From the NCBI GenBank assembly GCA_964422585.1, contig CAYRBH010000002.1:13428-77427 (forward strand): 64,000 nucleotides of DNA, written 5' to 3'. Below are positions 29,331-40,015 of this stretch, in pieces. This DNA comes from an uncultured Gammaproteobacteria bacterium. Lineage in GTDB: Bacteria; Patescibacteriota; Patescibacteriia; UBA1558; 2-01-FULL-52-15. Position numbers and translations under genes: made by a program. The notes below the pieces were generated by a model that did not search any database, was not told where the DNA came from, and saw only the letters and a list, made by a program, of their open reading frames with translations. How positions within the stretch are numbered: position 1 is the stretch's first letter; the number at the start of each line of letters is the position of its first letter.

Positions 29331-31039
29331 AGCGAGCTTCTCGCACGACCTACCTGCTTATGGCTGTTCTAGTAGCTGGCGCCTTTCTTCGTCTCTATGC
29401 GTTGAGCAGAGGAGATGCTATTTCCGATGAGGTGCTCTATGGCTTCCGCGCCATCGGTATGCTAGATTTTGATTTTGCTGTAGCGCAGCCAACGACACTG
29501 CAGCTGTTCAATGCTGCGGCACCATGGTGGGTTCATCTCTCCTTCCATGATCATCCGCTGCTCGTCTTCCTCGTCCAGCATGTCTCCATGGGACTTGTTG
29601 GCGTGAATCTTTGGGGACTTCGTCTGCCCTCATCCTTTTTCGGCATCGCTTCTATAGCACTGGTGTATTTGATAGCGAAGAAATTATTTTCAGAGAAAGC
29701 AGGGCTCATCGCGGCAGCGCTCATGGCTTCGAATGTGCTCATGGTCTACGTGGCACGTGTCGCAGTACAAGAATCACAAGTCATTTTTTTCATGTTGCTG
29801 AGCGTCTATTGTTTCTTACAAGCCCAAGATGAGAGGCGGTGGTATATAGCTTGTGGCATAGCATTCGGGTTAGGACTTCTTTCGAAATATACAGTCGGGT
29901 TCATCGCCGTGCCGCTGTGTATCTATCTGGTGCTCTATCAACGGAGCGTCTTTCGAAGCATGTGGCTGTATCTTGGATTGTTCTGCGCCTTCGTGCTATC
30001 TCTCCCTTTTGTTGTCTACAATATATTTTTGTATCGGACATTCGGGCATTTCGATTTTCAGCTATTTTATATCTTTGGGCAGCATGTGCCATATTGGACA
30101 GTGACACCTGGTAAAGATATCGGTAGCCTCGCTGATCGCATCGCTGGCATACCAGTAAATCTTTGGCAGTATGGCTCATGGCTTTTCATTTCGGTCGCAG
30201 CGGGTGCTCTGCTCTGGTGTCTCGCGCGAGTTGTCAGTGTTCAGTCAGAACAGAAACGCTCCCTGGTATTGTTGAACAGTAGTATAGTAGTGAACCTTAT
30301 ATTGTATCTAGCCATTGGCCCGTCCCCGCGTTTTCTGACTATGCTTATCCCCTGGTTATGTATTGCGATAAGTTACCTACTCAGCGCCGTACTCGATGTT
30401 CCAATAGTTCAAAAAGCATCTTATGCAGCTCTGGTCATATTGTTTCTGTTCTTCGGCTGGGAATATGCCTATGCCTATAATTCAGCCATACCGTATCAAC
30501 CGATCGGCCAAGAGGTGCTCAGCTATTCACGCATTCATTGGGATATGCACGCCTGGGGCTACAATGATCTCGATGAGTGGTTGAGCGAGACTATTCGTGG
30601 CAAGTATCCGAAACTGACTATTCCGTATACCTACCCATTTCTTGAGGATGTGAAGAGCAAGGCTCTCACAGCGGCGCAGGCTGCAGGCGAAAGTCCTGCA
30701 GCGTATCTGTTTGTCTATAATGACAATATGTCGAATCTTGCCTCGCTCTGGGTATTGAATAGGCAGGCGTTGTATGCGGCGTGGCCTATCATTACCGCTG
30801 AAAAATATTTGACGACTTTGAAACAAGAGGGCCAGGAGTATTATGTGAAGAATGGTTTCACGGATCTGTATTTCATACAGAATACTGATGCAGTATTGCC
30901 GAATATGCCGGATCGAATTACCGGGTATGGCGAAGCGCTCGAGCTGCAGATGCGCAATAATGGTATACAGCCGATTAGCATCAAAAATCATGCGGGCACA
31001 GAAGCGTTTCGCGTCTATCATGCGTCCGTCACTAACTAG
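29327..31039 (+). CDS. GT-C (PMT/ArnT-like) membrane glycosyltransferase
   Basis: DE motif, DHP, R.PS..FG, LSKY; many TM helices. Confidence 0.8.
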   Translation: MKRASRTTYLLMAVLVAGAFLRLYALSRGDAISDEVLYGFRAIGMLDFDFAVAQPTTLQLFNAAAPWWVHLSFHDHPLLVFLVQHVSMGLVGVNLWGLRLPSSFFGIASIALVYLIAKKLFSEKAGLIAAALMASNVLMVYVARVAVQESQVIFFMLLSVYCFLQAQDERRWYIACGIAFGLGLLSKYTVGFIAVPLCIYLVLYQRSVFRSMWLYLGLFCAFVLSLPFVVYNIFLYRTFGHFDFQLFYIFGQHVPYWTVTPGKDIGSLADRIAGIPVNLWQYGSWLFISVAAGALLWCLARVVSVQSEQKRSLVLLNSSIVVNLILYLAIGPSPRFLTMLIPWLCIAISYLLSAVLDVPIVQKASYAALVILFLFFGWEYAYAYNSAIPYQPIGQEVLSYSRIHWDMHAWGYNDLDEWLSETIRGKYPKLTIPYTYPFLEDVKSKALTAAQAAGESPAAYLFVYNDNMSNLASLWVLNRQALYAAWPIITAEKYLTTLKQEGQEYYVKNGFTDLYFIQNTDAVLPNMPDRITGYGEALELQMRNNGIQPISIKNHAGTEAFRVYHASVTN

Positions 31040-31073
31040 TCCTAGCAGGGTCAAATAGTGTATACTATGCTAT

Positions 31074-31637
31074 ATGGCTACCACCATCGTTTCAGGAGGG
31101 AATGAGCTGCTCAATCCTATCGCAATACTGAAAGACCATTTAGGCATACGACCGAATCAGATCGTTGCTGATTTTGGTTGTGGCGGAGCCGGTTTTTTTG
31201 TATTGGCTTCAGCACGTCTCGTCGGTGAGCATGGTCAGGTCTATGCTGTCGATATCGTGAAGAATGTGCTTTCTAGTGTTGATGGTAAAGCAAAGCTGCA
31301 GGGGTTGTATAATGTAAAAACAGTATGGAGCGATCTGGAGATCTATGGTGCTATGACCATTCCTGAACAAAGCCTGGACCATGGTCTTCTCGTGAACACG
31401 TTATTTCAATCGAAGAAGCACGCGGATATTTTGAAAGAAGTAACTCGTTTGATAAAGCCGGGTGGTAAATTGCTGATCGTGGACTGGAATGATGTATCGG
31501 TATCATTCGGACCACCTGCGGCCGATAGGGTACGTCCTGAGTATCTGCGTGAGGTCGTGCCGCCGCTCGGGTATATGGAGGAGAAGTTTTTCCAAGCCGG
31601 TCAGTATCATTTTGGCATCGTTTTTACAAGGATTTAG
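31074..31637 (+). CDS. Class I SAM-dependent methyltransferase
   Basis: VADFGCGGAG, VYAVD and KPGGK motifs. Confidence 0.88.
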   Translation: MATTIVSGGNELLNPIAILKDHLGIRPNQIVADFGCGGAGFFVLASARLVGEHGQVYAVDIVKNVLSSVDGKAKLQGLYNVKTVWSDLEIYGAMTIPEQSLDHGLLVNTLFQSKKHADILKEVTRLIKPGGKLLIVDWNDVSVSFGPPAADRVRPEYLREVVPPLGYMEEKFFQAGQYHFGIVFTRI

Positions 31638-31679
31638 CCTTACGCTCACCATAAAAAAATCCCGCGGGGATTTTTTAAT

Positions 31680-31797
31680 AAAAGTAGCGGGCCCCCCACG
31701 TACGGAAATTCGTGAGGGGCCCTTGGTGTGGCGGTAGGCGACCGCCGGCGCAACAGGAGGGGGAGCGGATCAGACGACGACGTATCGAGCTGACTAC
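31680..31797 (-). ncRNA. Candidate ~120-nt small RNA
   Basis: Minus-strand TTGACA-N18-TACAAT (31833-31804), no plausible ORF, GC hairpin 31689-31722 followed by a U tract. Confidence 0.5.
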
Positions 31798-31882
31798 AAG
31801 ATCATTGTAGATCGGGGGTATAGTTTTTGTCAAAGGGATATCGTTGACTTTTGTCGGCCAATAGGATTAAATACCCTCTGTT

Positions 31883-32290
31883 ATGAATAAACTGTTTGAT
31901 CTCAATTATCTTTTCTCAGTGCAGCCGGGCAGTTACAATAGTGTTTTTTGGCAGCCGGTAATGATGGTGTCGATGGCTGCTATTATCTTTAGCATGGTGG
32001 CTTTCTTCATATCTCGCAGATATCCTCATGATGGTTTACGCCGACATCTTTGGCAGCGATATATGGCATGGGGCCTTACCTTTGGTCTAGTATCCTTGAT
32101 CCTTGCTTTTTTCCGTCTGCAGAATGCCTATCTCCTGAGCATGCGTGCGCTGATATTCGTGTGGGTCGCACTTTCCGCTCTGTGGATCCTGCGCATCGCA
32201 GTATTCCATATGTGGAAGTATCCGAAGAGGCTGCGCGCCAGGGATGAGAAGGCCTTCTTCGAGCAGTATTTGCCGCATAAGAAGAAATAG
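31883..32290 (+). CDS. Hypothetical 3-TM membrane protein
   Basis: Three hydrophobic segments; basic YLP.KKK tail. Confidence 0.75.
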   Translation: MNKLFDLNYLFSVQPGSYNSVFWQPVMMVSMAAIIFSMVAFFISRRYPHDGLRRHLWQRYMAWGLTFGLVSLILAFFRLQNAYLLSMRALIFVWVALSALWILRIAVFHMWKYPKRLRARDEKAFFEQYLPHKKK

Positions 32291-32338
32291 TTTCAAGCAG
32301 CTTTGAGAACAGGGCATTACTTTTGGTACTGTCTTTTT

Positions 32339-32692
32339 GTGAAAACTGCACAACAACGTTTAGGTGCCTGGGGCGAGGATCTGGTGGCGAAGCACTACAG
32401 AAGATCGGGTTATAGCATTGTTGCCAGGAATGTCAGATATTCCTCCGGGGAACTGGACCTTATTTGTTCGAAGGATGGCGTACTCTATAGTATTGAAGTA
32501 AAGACACGACGATCATTGACTTTCGGATTTCCTGAAGAATCCATTAGCCACACAAAACAGGCTCGGTTGATGAGGTTAACGGCGGCTTTTCTCGAATCGC
32601 GCAAGGAAAGCTATAGGGCGATCCGGATCCAAGTCTGTGCTGTTGTCGTTACGGAGCAGCGGGTTATGCTCAAGATATACACGATTTCATAA
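32339..32692 (+). CDS. YraN family (UPF0102) nuclease-fold protein
   Basis: G..GE, RN.R...GELDLI and IEVKTR motifs; GTG start inferred. Confidence 0.88.
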   Translation: MKTAQQRLGAWGEDLVAKHYRRSGYSIVARNVRYSSGELDLICSKDGVLYSIEVKTRRSLTFGFPEESISHTKQARLMRLTAAFLESRKESYRAIRIQVCAVVVTEQRVMLKIYTIS

Positions 32693-32777
32693 GGAAGTAC
32701 CCGCTCATTGTCCACTCGGTATGCACAAAGTATTCGTTGACGCTTAGTAGTTGGGAGGGTTTAATGCGACTATATCT

Positions 32778-33518
32778 ATGCGTATTCCCCGGCTACGTTT
32801 TTTGTCCTGCATATCTATTGGAGGGTGTGCCCTCCTTTTTTTGTTATCTGCGCATCCGGTATTCGCGCGTGAGCGCCCCTGCGGAAATCCATTCGATTGC
32901 CTTGTGCCTGCGCCGACACTCATCCAGCCGACTTTTGAAAAAAGATTCTATTCGCCCCGGTCGGTGCTCATCACTGGCTTAAGTTGGAATCAAACCAAAG
33001 TGGATGTGTATATTGACGGTGTGTATAACGGACGCGCTACACTCCGTACTGATCCGAGCGACATAGGCAATTTTTTCTATAGGCCGTTCTTGCCGTTGAC
33101 ACCCGGGACGCACAGTGTCTATACGGTCGCTCGTAATCTCAGCGAAAAGGAGAGGAGCCCAGAGTCTCCTGAAGTTAGTTTTGTCGTACCAGCGCCCAAG
33201 CCAGCAACGGTGCTGTTGCCTGAGGGCACACGGCCCAAAGTAAGCTCGATCTCGACTACTACTGAGCCTGAGGCTGTGAACAATCAGAATGCAAATTCGG
33301 TACTTGATTGGTTTTTCAATAAACAGAATAATCCGCTTGCTACTACCGCATCGAGCACGATGCCATTCTTCGGCACTGATTTAGGCCGTGAGCTTATGGT
33401 TCTGCTAGGTATAGCAGGGCTAAGCTATGCAGGGTTCTATTTCTTCAAGCCGCGCTATGAAGAGCCATTACCCTATGACGAGGAGAAGAAGGATCAGGGG
33501 CCGCCGGATGGCTCATGA
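32778..33518 (+). CDS. Exported Ig-like-domain protein with C-terminal TM anchor
   Basis: Signal peptide, L.PG.H.VY..A beta-sandwich pattern, C-terminal TM helix. Confidence 0.6.
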   Translation: MRIPRLRFLSCISIGGCALLFLLSAHPVFARERPCGNPFDCLVPAPTLIQPTFEKRFYSPRSVLITGLSWNQTKVDVYIDGVYNGRATLRTDPSDIGNFFYRPFLPLTPGTHSVYTVARNLSEKERSPESPEVSFVVPAPKPATVLLPEGTRPKVSSISTTTEPEAVNNQNANSVLDWFFNKQNNPLATTASSTMPFFGTDLGRELMVLLGIAGLSYAGFYFFKPRYEEPLPYDEEKKDQGPPDGS

Positions 33519-33571
33519 TTATTTAGAAATGTAGAAGCTCCCGGGCGCTGAGGCAGACGGGGCTAGGTTTC

Positions 33572-33638
33572 TTGCTTTTTCCAGAAAAAACCGCTATAGT
33601 GCCAGTACGCTAGTTTATTTAAAACTAGCGCTTTTTAT
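33572..33638 (+). promoter_or_regulatory. nusA promoter with leader terminator-like hairpin
   Basis: TTGCTT-N17-TATAGT, then cgctagttt-attta-aaactagcg-cttttt. Confidence 0.6.
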
Positions 33639-33654
33639 TGACTAAGAGTCGTCT

Positions 33655-34857
33655 ATGGCAGATAGTAATGAGATAATTCAAGCGATACGCCAAGTCTGTG
33701 ATGAGAAAAACATCTCTATAGATTCGGTTATCACAACGATCGAGGCAGCTTTGGCAGCCGCCTATCGTAAAGATTTCGGTGATAAGAGCCAGAATATCGT
33801 AGTTGAGTTCGACGCCGAGAATGGCGGTTCGAAGGTCTATGATGTGAAAACCGTTGTGCCTGATATAGATCTGGAAGAGTTAGAAAAGCAATTGGAAGAG
33901 CAGAAAGTTCGTAAAGAAGCCGGCGAAGAGATTCCGGAGGATCAGGAAGTGAAGCGTTTCAATCCGAAGAGCGAGATCATGCTCACTGACGCAAAGGCAA
34001 TCAAGAAAACCGTCGAAGTAGGTGATCAGATGAAGACGCGTCTCACCGTACCAGCAGAGTATGGCCGTATGGCAGCACAAACTGCGAAGCAGGTCATCAT
34101 TCAGCGCTTACGAGAAGCTGAGCGTGAGAAGATTTTCAATGAGTATAAGGACCGTGAAGGCGAAGTGCTCGTCGCGACTGTGCAGCGCCAAGAAGGGTAT
34201 ATGGTACTGTTCGACATCGGTCAGGCAACGGCCGTGATGCCGCCTGAACAGCAGGTGCGCAAAGAGCACTATGAATCAGGTCGCCGCATGAAAGTGTTGT
34301 TGCTCAATGTTGGCATGACTGCGAAAGGACCTCAAATAATCGTTTCGCGTTCGTCTGAGCAATTGGTAGCGAAACTTTTCGCGCATGAAGTGCCTGAGAT
34401 CAGTTCGGGCTTGGTCACCATCAAGGCCATTGCTCGTGAAGCGGGCGAGCGGACGAAGATAGCGGTTGCTTCAGAAGAGGCGAATATCGATCCGGTCGGT
34501 TCCTGCGTCGGACAGCGTGGCACTCGCGTGCAGACCGTCATTCAGGAATTGAGCGGCGAGAAGATTGATATCGTGGAATGGAGTGACAGCATCGAAACGT
34601 TGATAGAGAACGCTATTGCGCCAGCGAAGGTTATGAGTGTGACCGTGCATCAAGAGCAGAAGGCGGCTATTATCAAAGTGAAAGAGGATCAGCTGTCCCT
34701 CGCGATCGGTCGTGGCGGACAGAATGTGCGTCTTGCTTCGAAGATGGTTGGCATGCGTATCGATATAGCGAAAGAAGACGGCACGATACAAGCTGATGAA
34801 GTTGCTACTGAGGGCGAAACGCCAGCAGCCGCAGCGGCAACTGAAACTAATGAATAA
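33655..34857 (+). CDS. nusA: Transcription termination/antitermination factor
   Basis: GRMAAQTAKQVI.Q, AREAGERTK, DPVGSCVG and AIGRGGQN motifs. Confidence 0.97.
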   Translation: MADSNEIIQAIRQVCDEKNISIDSVITTIEAALAAAYRKDFGDKSQNIVVEFDAENGGSKVYDVKTVVPDIDLEELEKQLEEQKVRKEAGEEIPEDQEVKRFNPKSEIMLTDAKAIKKTVEVGDQMKTRLTVPAEYGRMAAQTAKQVIIQRLREAEREKIFNEYKDREGEVLVATVQRQEGYMVLFDIGQATAVMPPEQQVRKEHYESGRRMKVLLLNVGMTAKGPQIIVSRSSEQLVAKLFAHEVPEISSGLVTIKAIAREAGERTKIAVASEEANIDPVGSCVGQRGTRVQTVIQELSGEKIDIVEWSDSIETLIENAIAPAKVMSVTVHQEQKAAIIKVKEDQLSLAIGRGGQNVRLASKMVGMRIDIAKEDGTIQADEVATEGETPAAAAATETNE

Positions 34858-34885
34858 TTTTTTACTAGTGTACTAACTAAAGACT

Positions 34886-36934
34886 ATGACACCACAACTC
34901 ACCATGGTAGTTCTTATGTCGCTCGCTGCAGCTGCGATTGCTATTATTTACGGTTTATTCTTGGCGCAGATGATTTTCAAGAAATCTGCCGGTAATGAAC
35001 GCATGCAGGAAATCGCGAAAGCGATACAGCAGGGAGCAAAAGCGTATCTGAAACGCCAGTATACTACGATCGCGTATATCGCCGCGCCGCTTTTCCTGAT
35101 CGTTGGATTTGCTATCAGCTGGGGTACCGCAATAGCGTTCTTGATTGGCGCGGCGCTATCAGCTGCAGCGGGTATCATCGGTATGAATGTCTCGGTTCGT
35201 GCCAATGTGCGTACGGCTGAGGCTGCTCGCTCAGGCCTTGCCGCGGCGCTCGATGTCGCGGTCAAAGGCGGCGCCGTAACCGGTTTTCTCGTCGCCGGCT
35301 TGGCACTTTTTGGAGTGACAGGATTGTATTTTCTAAACCCGGTGTTTTTCTCCCCGAAAGTACTGGTCGGTCTCTCATTCGGCGGTAGCTTGATCTCGGT
35401 TTTTGCGCGTTTGGGTGGTGGTATTTTCACCAAGGCTGCTGATGTCGGTGCTGATCTGGTGGGTAAAGTAGAAGCAAATATTCCGGAAGATGATCCACGG
35501 AATCCGGCGGTCATTGCGGATAATGTGGGTGACAATGTGGGTGACTGCGCGGGTATGGCGGCTGACCTCTTCGAGACCTATGCGGTCACGTCGGTCGCGG
35601 CCATGCTGCTCGCGTTCCTGACATTCAAAGATAATACGAACGCGGTTATTTTCCCGCTCGTCATTGGCGCGGTCGGCATCATTGCTTCGATCATTGGGTT
35701 GTTCTTCGTACGATTGGGCGCCAAAAAGAATATTATGAATGCGCTGTACAAAGGATTGATCGCGTCGGGCATTATCTCGGCGGCGCTCTTGTATCCTGCT
35801 ACGAAGTATTTGATGACTGATCTGAAGACGATCAGCGCCTCGAACATTTATTTTTCCGCGCTCGTCGGTCTGATTGTTACTGGTCTTATGGTCGTGATTA
35901 CTGAGTATTATACTTCCACGAAATACAGCCCAGTTAAATCTATCGCGAAGGCTTCGACAACCGGACATGGAACCAATGTTATCGCAGGCCTTGCGGTCAG
36001 TATGAAAGCAACGGCATTGCCGGTACTGACGATCGTCCTCGGTATCTTCGTCAGTTTTTCATTCGCGGGGATCTACGGCGTCGCAGTCGCCGCGATGAGT
36101 ATGTTGTCGCTTGCCGGCATGATCGTCACGATCGACGCGTATGGTCCTATCACGGATAACGCTGGTGGTATCGCAGAGATGAGCGAGATGGATAAGCAGG
36201 TCCGCGATGAGGTTACTGATCCGCTCGACGCGGTCGGTAATACGACCAAGGCGGTCACCAAGGGCTATGCGATCGGTTCAGCGGGTCTCGCGACCCTGGT
36301 GCTCTTCAATGCCTATATCATCGAATTGCAGGATAGGAATATCTCGACGAATTTCCTGTTAAGCGACCATTTGGTCCTGATAGGATTATTCGTCGGAGGA
36401 TTATTGCCGTTCATATTCAGCGCGCTTTCTATGGAAGCAGTCGGTAAGGTCGCAGGCTTGGTCGTCGAAGATGTGCGCAAACAATTCAAGGACAAGCCGG
36501 GCATCATGCAAGGAACGGAGAAACCTGATTATTCTAGTACGGTAGACATTGTTACCAAGGGCGCTATCAAGCAGATGATCGTTCCAGCGCTGATCCCCGT
36601 TCTGGTGCCGGTCATCATTGCTCTGCTGTTCTCATTCGCGCCTGATGGCAGAAATACCATCGCTCTGGTGTTGGGCGGAGCATTGATCGGTAGTATCGTG
36701 ACCGGATTATTCCTCGCGGTGTCTATGACGTCTGGCGGCGGCGCTTGGGATAATGCGAAGAAGTATATTGAGCAAGGAAATTTCGGCGGTAAAGGATCTG
36801 ATGCGCATAAAGCTGCTGTGACCGGCGATACGGTCGGTGATCCCTATAAGGACACTGCGGGCCCTGCTATCAACCCGATGATCAAAATTTTGAACATCGT
36901 AGCGCTGCTCCTTATCTACATCATCTTCAAATAA
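34886..36934 (+). CDS. hppA: Membrane-bound pyrophosphatase, probably K+-independent H+-PPase
   Basis: [14 protein letters not shown] and DNVGDNVGD motifs; GNTTKA has Lys at the K+-determinant position. Confidence 0.95.
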   Translation: MTPQLTMVVLMSLAAAAIAIIYGLFLAQMIFKKSAGNERMQEIAKAIQQGAKAYLKRQYTTIAYIAAPLFLIVGFAISWGTAIAFLIGAALSAAAGIIGMNVSVRANVRTAEAARSGLAAALDVAVKGGAVTGFLVAGLALFGVTGLYFLNPVFFSPKVLVGLSFGGSLISVFARLGGGIFTKAADVGADLVGKVEANIPEDDPRNPAVIADNVGDNVGDCAGMAADLFETYAVTSVAAMLLAFLTFKDNTNAVIFPLVIGAVGIIASIIGLFFVRLGAKKNIMNALYKGLIASGIISAALLYPATKYLMTDLKTISASNIYFSALVGLIVTGLMVVITEYYTSTKYSPVKSIAKASTTGHGTNVIAGLAVSMKATALPVLTIVLGIFVSFSFAGIYGVAVAAMSMLSLAGMIVTIDAYGPITDNAGGIAEMSEMDKQVRDEVTDPLDAVGNTTKAVTKGYAIGSAGLATLVLFNAYIIELQDRNISTNFLLSDHLVLIGLFVGGLLPFIFSALSMEAVGKVAGLVVEDVRKQFKDKPGIMQGTEKPDYSSTVDIVTKGAIKQMIVPALIPVLVPVIIALLFSFAPDGRNTIALVLGGALIGSIVTGLFLAVSMTSGGGAWDNAKKYIEQGNFGGKGSDAHKAAVTGDTVGDPYKDTAGPAINPMIKILNIVALLLIYIIFK

Positions 36935-38214
36935 TGAAATCCACAGTAAGTGATAAAGTGAAAGGCCAGGTAACCCTGACCATAGAGATCCCTGTCGATG
37001 AGACAGAGGCGTATCTGAAGCGCGCGGCTGATCGGCTTTCACAGAAAACATCTATTCCGGGTTTTCGTCCGGGCAAAGCGCCGGTCAATGTCATCAAACA
37101 GCGCTATGGCGACATGGCTTTGTATGAAGAAGCGCTGCAAGATATCGTGACGCAGACTTTGTGGACTGCTCTCAAGGAACAAAAAATTGATTCGGTGGGG
37201 CAGCCGCAGATTAATGTCGAGAAAATGGCCCCGGGCAATCCCATTGTGTATACGGCGATCGTTTCCGTTTTGCCAGAGGTGAAGCTCAATGAGTGGCAGA
37301 AAGTGCGTGTAGCGAAAAAGGAGATCACCGTCACTGATGCTGAAGTTGAAGAGATGATAGATAATCTACGTGGCATGCAGGCAACGGAAGCATTAGTACA
37401 GCGCGCTGCCCAGAATGGTGATAAAGTAGAAGTGAACTTCGAGGTGAAGCATAATGGCGCGGTTATCGAGGGTGGTACCGGAACGAAGTATCCTTTGATC
37501 CTTGGCAAAGGTTCTATGATCCCGGGTTTCGAAGAAGAGATACTTGGCGCGACAGCAGGCGCTACCAAGGAATTCATGCTGACATTCCCTAATCCATATT
37601 TTCAGGAATCGCTCGCCGGCAAACAGGCGACCTTCAAGGTAGAATTGCTTGGTGTGTATGAACGTAACTTGCCCGAGAAGAATGACGAATGGGCTCGGTC
37701 GATGATGGGCCGATCCTATCCTGAGCTAGCCACTCTCTTGAAAGAAAATCTGAAGAGTGAGAAGGAGCAGAAGGAAAAGAATCGCCTCGAACAAGAGATC
37801 GTCGAAGCTATCGTCAAGGGCGCCACCTTCTCCGACATTCCGGAGAACATGGTACATTCTGAAGTTGAAAAGATGCTCTATGAACTCGAGGATGATGTGA
37901 AACATCGCGGCATGGAGTGGGAGAAGTATTTGTCGAGCATGAAGAAAACCAAGGAGCAGATCGAGAAAGAATTCGAACCGCAGGCGATCCTGCGCGCGAA
38001 AGCTGGACTGGTGTTGCGTATCTTGGCTGATGAGCTGAAGCTGCAGGCGACTGAGCCCGAGATAGAAGCGGAGCTGCTGCAGCAGCGGGATAGTTATGCG
38101 GGGAATGAAGAGGTCCTGAAGAATCTCACGACCAGAGAATTCCGGCGCTATGTAGCAGTGACCTTGACGAATAGGAAAGTGATTGATGTACTGATAGAGA
38201 AACTAGCTAGTTAA
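36934..38214 (+). CDS. tig: Trigger factor
   Basis: IPGFRPGKAP and MIPGFEE motifs. Confidence 0.95.
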   Translation: MKSTVSDKVKGQVTLTIEIPVDETEAYLKRAADRLSQKTSIPGFRPGKAPVNVIKQRYGDMALYEEALQDIVTQTLWTALKEQKIDSVGQPQINVEKMAPGNPIVYTAIVSVLPEVKLNEWQKVRVAKKEITVTDAEVEEMIDNLRGMQATEALVQRAAQNGDKVEVNFEVKHNGAVIEGGTGTKYPLILGKGSMIPGFEEEILGATAGATKEFMLTFPNPYFQESLAGKQATFKVELLGVYERNLPEKNDEWARSMMGRSYPELATLLKENLKSEKEQKEKNRLEQEIVEAIVKGATFSDIPENMVHSEVEKMLYELEDDVKHRGMEWEKYLSSMKKTKEQIEKEFEPQAILRAKAGLVLRILADELKLQATEPEIEAELLQQRDSYAGNEEVLKNLTTREFRRYVAVTLTNRKVIDVLIEKLAS

Positions 38215-38255
38215 AATACTACCCTCATAGCTGTGGCTGTGTTACTATCCAAGAT

Positions 38256-39008
38256 ATGAATAGAGAGAGACCAGAACACAGTGAAAATGAGCATGAGCCA
38301 AAGCCCTTATTTAGGGCTGTTTTAATGAGGCATGAGGAGACGAACTATAAGGACGAGGGTCATGATTTAACAGATAAAGGCGTTGCTGGTGCTCTAGAAA
38401 CTGGAAAGAAATTGAGGGAAGAAGGATTTTTTTCTGATGATGATCCAGTGTTGCTCCTTCACTCTCCGAAACCGCGCGCAGAGGGCACCTTAGATTTTGT
38501 TGCAGAAGGAGCGCAATTATCCGCTGGCATCAAAAGATCAATAAACGCATTGGGACAAAGTAAATTTGCTGATCGTGATGCGTTTATGGAGCGCGTCAAA
38601 GAGTTGGGCTCTGATCAGGAGTTGATTGCAAAGGACCACTATACTCATGAGATGCATCAAAACCGTCCAGATATCATTGAGCCCCACTCAAAGAAGAAAG
38701 AACGGTTGTATCGTTCTTTGGAGTATCTTATAAGATCAATTCTTTCAGATGTTAATCAAAGCGAGGATTCGACCCCTCAGATTTTAGCGGTTTCACATTT
38801 TGAGGTAGTAACGCACATTGTGAATGATGTTTTTGGTATAGAAAATCTCGGAGCGTATAATGCTCCAGCTTTCGGCGAACAGGTAAAAATTGTTGCATTT
38901 CAAACTGATAACCCTGATATCATTTCATTGAAGGTTTCGTTTCGAGAGTTTGAAAAAGAGGTACTTTTCAATAGAGCAACGCGAGAGATTGAGCAGAGAG
39001 ACAATTAA
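38256..39008 (+). CDS. Histidine phosphatase superfamily protein
   Basis: LMRHE, LT..G, SP..RA..T and VSH motifs. Confidence 0.7.
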   Translation: MNRERPEHSENEHEPKPLFRAVLMRHEETNYKDEGHDLTDKGVAGALETGKKLREEGFFSDDDPVLLLHSPKPRAEGTLDFVAEGAQLSAGIKRSINALGQSKFADRDAFMERVKELGSDQELIAKDHYTHEMHQNRPDIIEPHSKKKERLYRSLEYLIRSILSDVNQSEDSTPQILAVSHFEVVTHIVNDVFGIENLGAYNAPAFGEQVKIVAFQTDNPDIISLKVSFREFEKEVLFNRATREIEQRDN

Positions 39009-40015
39009 TGCAAATGAATAATCAACTATCTACTCTCCTTCAGCGCGGCATGGTCGATGGTTTTTCTTCTACCCCAACAGTTATAGAAACGGTCATCTCT
39101 CGTGTTTTCATTTTTGATACAGAAAACAGAGTACTTAAGTTTTATAAGAGGGACAATGAGTGGTGGAACACTGACATGAAAGATTTGTCAGGAGGGAATT
39201 CGAGAATAGATTTTATTCGTAATGACTTTGAGTTTAATCATTTTTTAAACCCCACTGTATACATTGATCTCAAGCAGGCGATCGCTGAGGATGGGAAAGT
39301 GAAGTTAGTAAATCCGAAGTCTGGCGATGATGAGTTAGTCATTATAATGCATAAGGAGGATATTCAGGGAACACTGACCGAGGTCTTGTATCAGAATACT
39401 TTGTCAGTAGCAGAGTATAGGTCTATGGGAGAGGCTTTCGCGAAAATTAAATTAGCGCTACCAGAGAAGTTTTTGCCTGCCACAGAAGCTAATTGGTATG
39501 AACTTATGTGTGAAAGAGTGAAAGACGTAAAGACATGGGCATTGAGTGAAAAAGATTTCCCCAAAGATCTAGCTGACAAGGCCTTGGCAATATTATCCAG
39601 AGAACTGGAAGAAAATAAAAATAACTTTAGGTTAATTACAAAAGATAGCCTTTTCGTGTCGATAGATTGCAACTCTGAAAATCTTATTTATACGAATCAT
39701 AAACTTCGGTTCCTAGATGCATACCCTCCAAAGGATGATTGGAGAATCAGCGCCTTTAATGTTGATATTTTCAGGGTTGGCTATGATATATACACTTTTG
39801 CTGGGAAAGAGTCGTATGATGCTTTTTTAGAAGGTGTGCGCACAGTTGCTGGCGATCGCTTGGATCGAAGTACGTCACATTTTTATCTTCTATATGCTGG
39901 ACTGATAGTAACGCCCTATTTTTACATGTTGGATAAAAGCAAGAAGGATCAAAAATATTTGGTTCGTGCTGAAAAAAGCATTTCACTTCTAAAAGAGTTA
40001 CTACAGAGAGCATAA
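39008..40015 (+). CDS. APH-like kinase-fold protein
   Basis: IETVISRVF, K..K, E..FN..L.P.VY and DC..EN...FLD motifs. Confidence 0.55.
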   Translation: MQMNNQLSTLLQRGMVDGFSSTPTVIETVISRVFIFDTENRVLKFYKRDNEWWNTDMKDLSGGNSRIDFIRNDFEFNHFLNPTVYIDLKQAIAEDGKVKLVNPKSGDDELVIIMHKEDIQGTLTEVLYQNTLSVAEYRSMGEAFAKIKLALPEKFLPATEANWYELMCERVKDVKTWALSEKDFPKDLADKALAILSRELEENKNNFRLITKDSLFVSIDCNSENLIYTNHKLRFLDAYPPKDDWRISAFNVDIFRVGYDIYTFAGKESYDAFLEGVRTVAGDRLDRSTSHFYLLYAGLIVTPYFYMLDKSKKDQKYLVRAEKSISLLKELLQRA

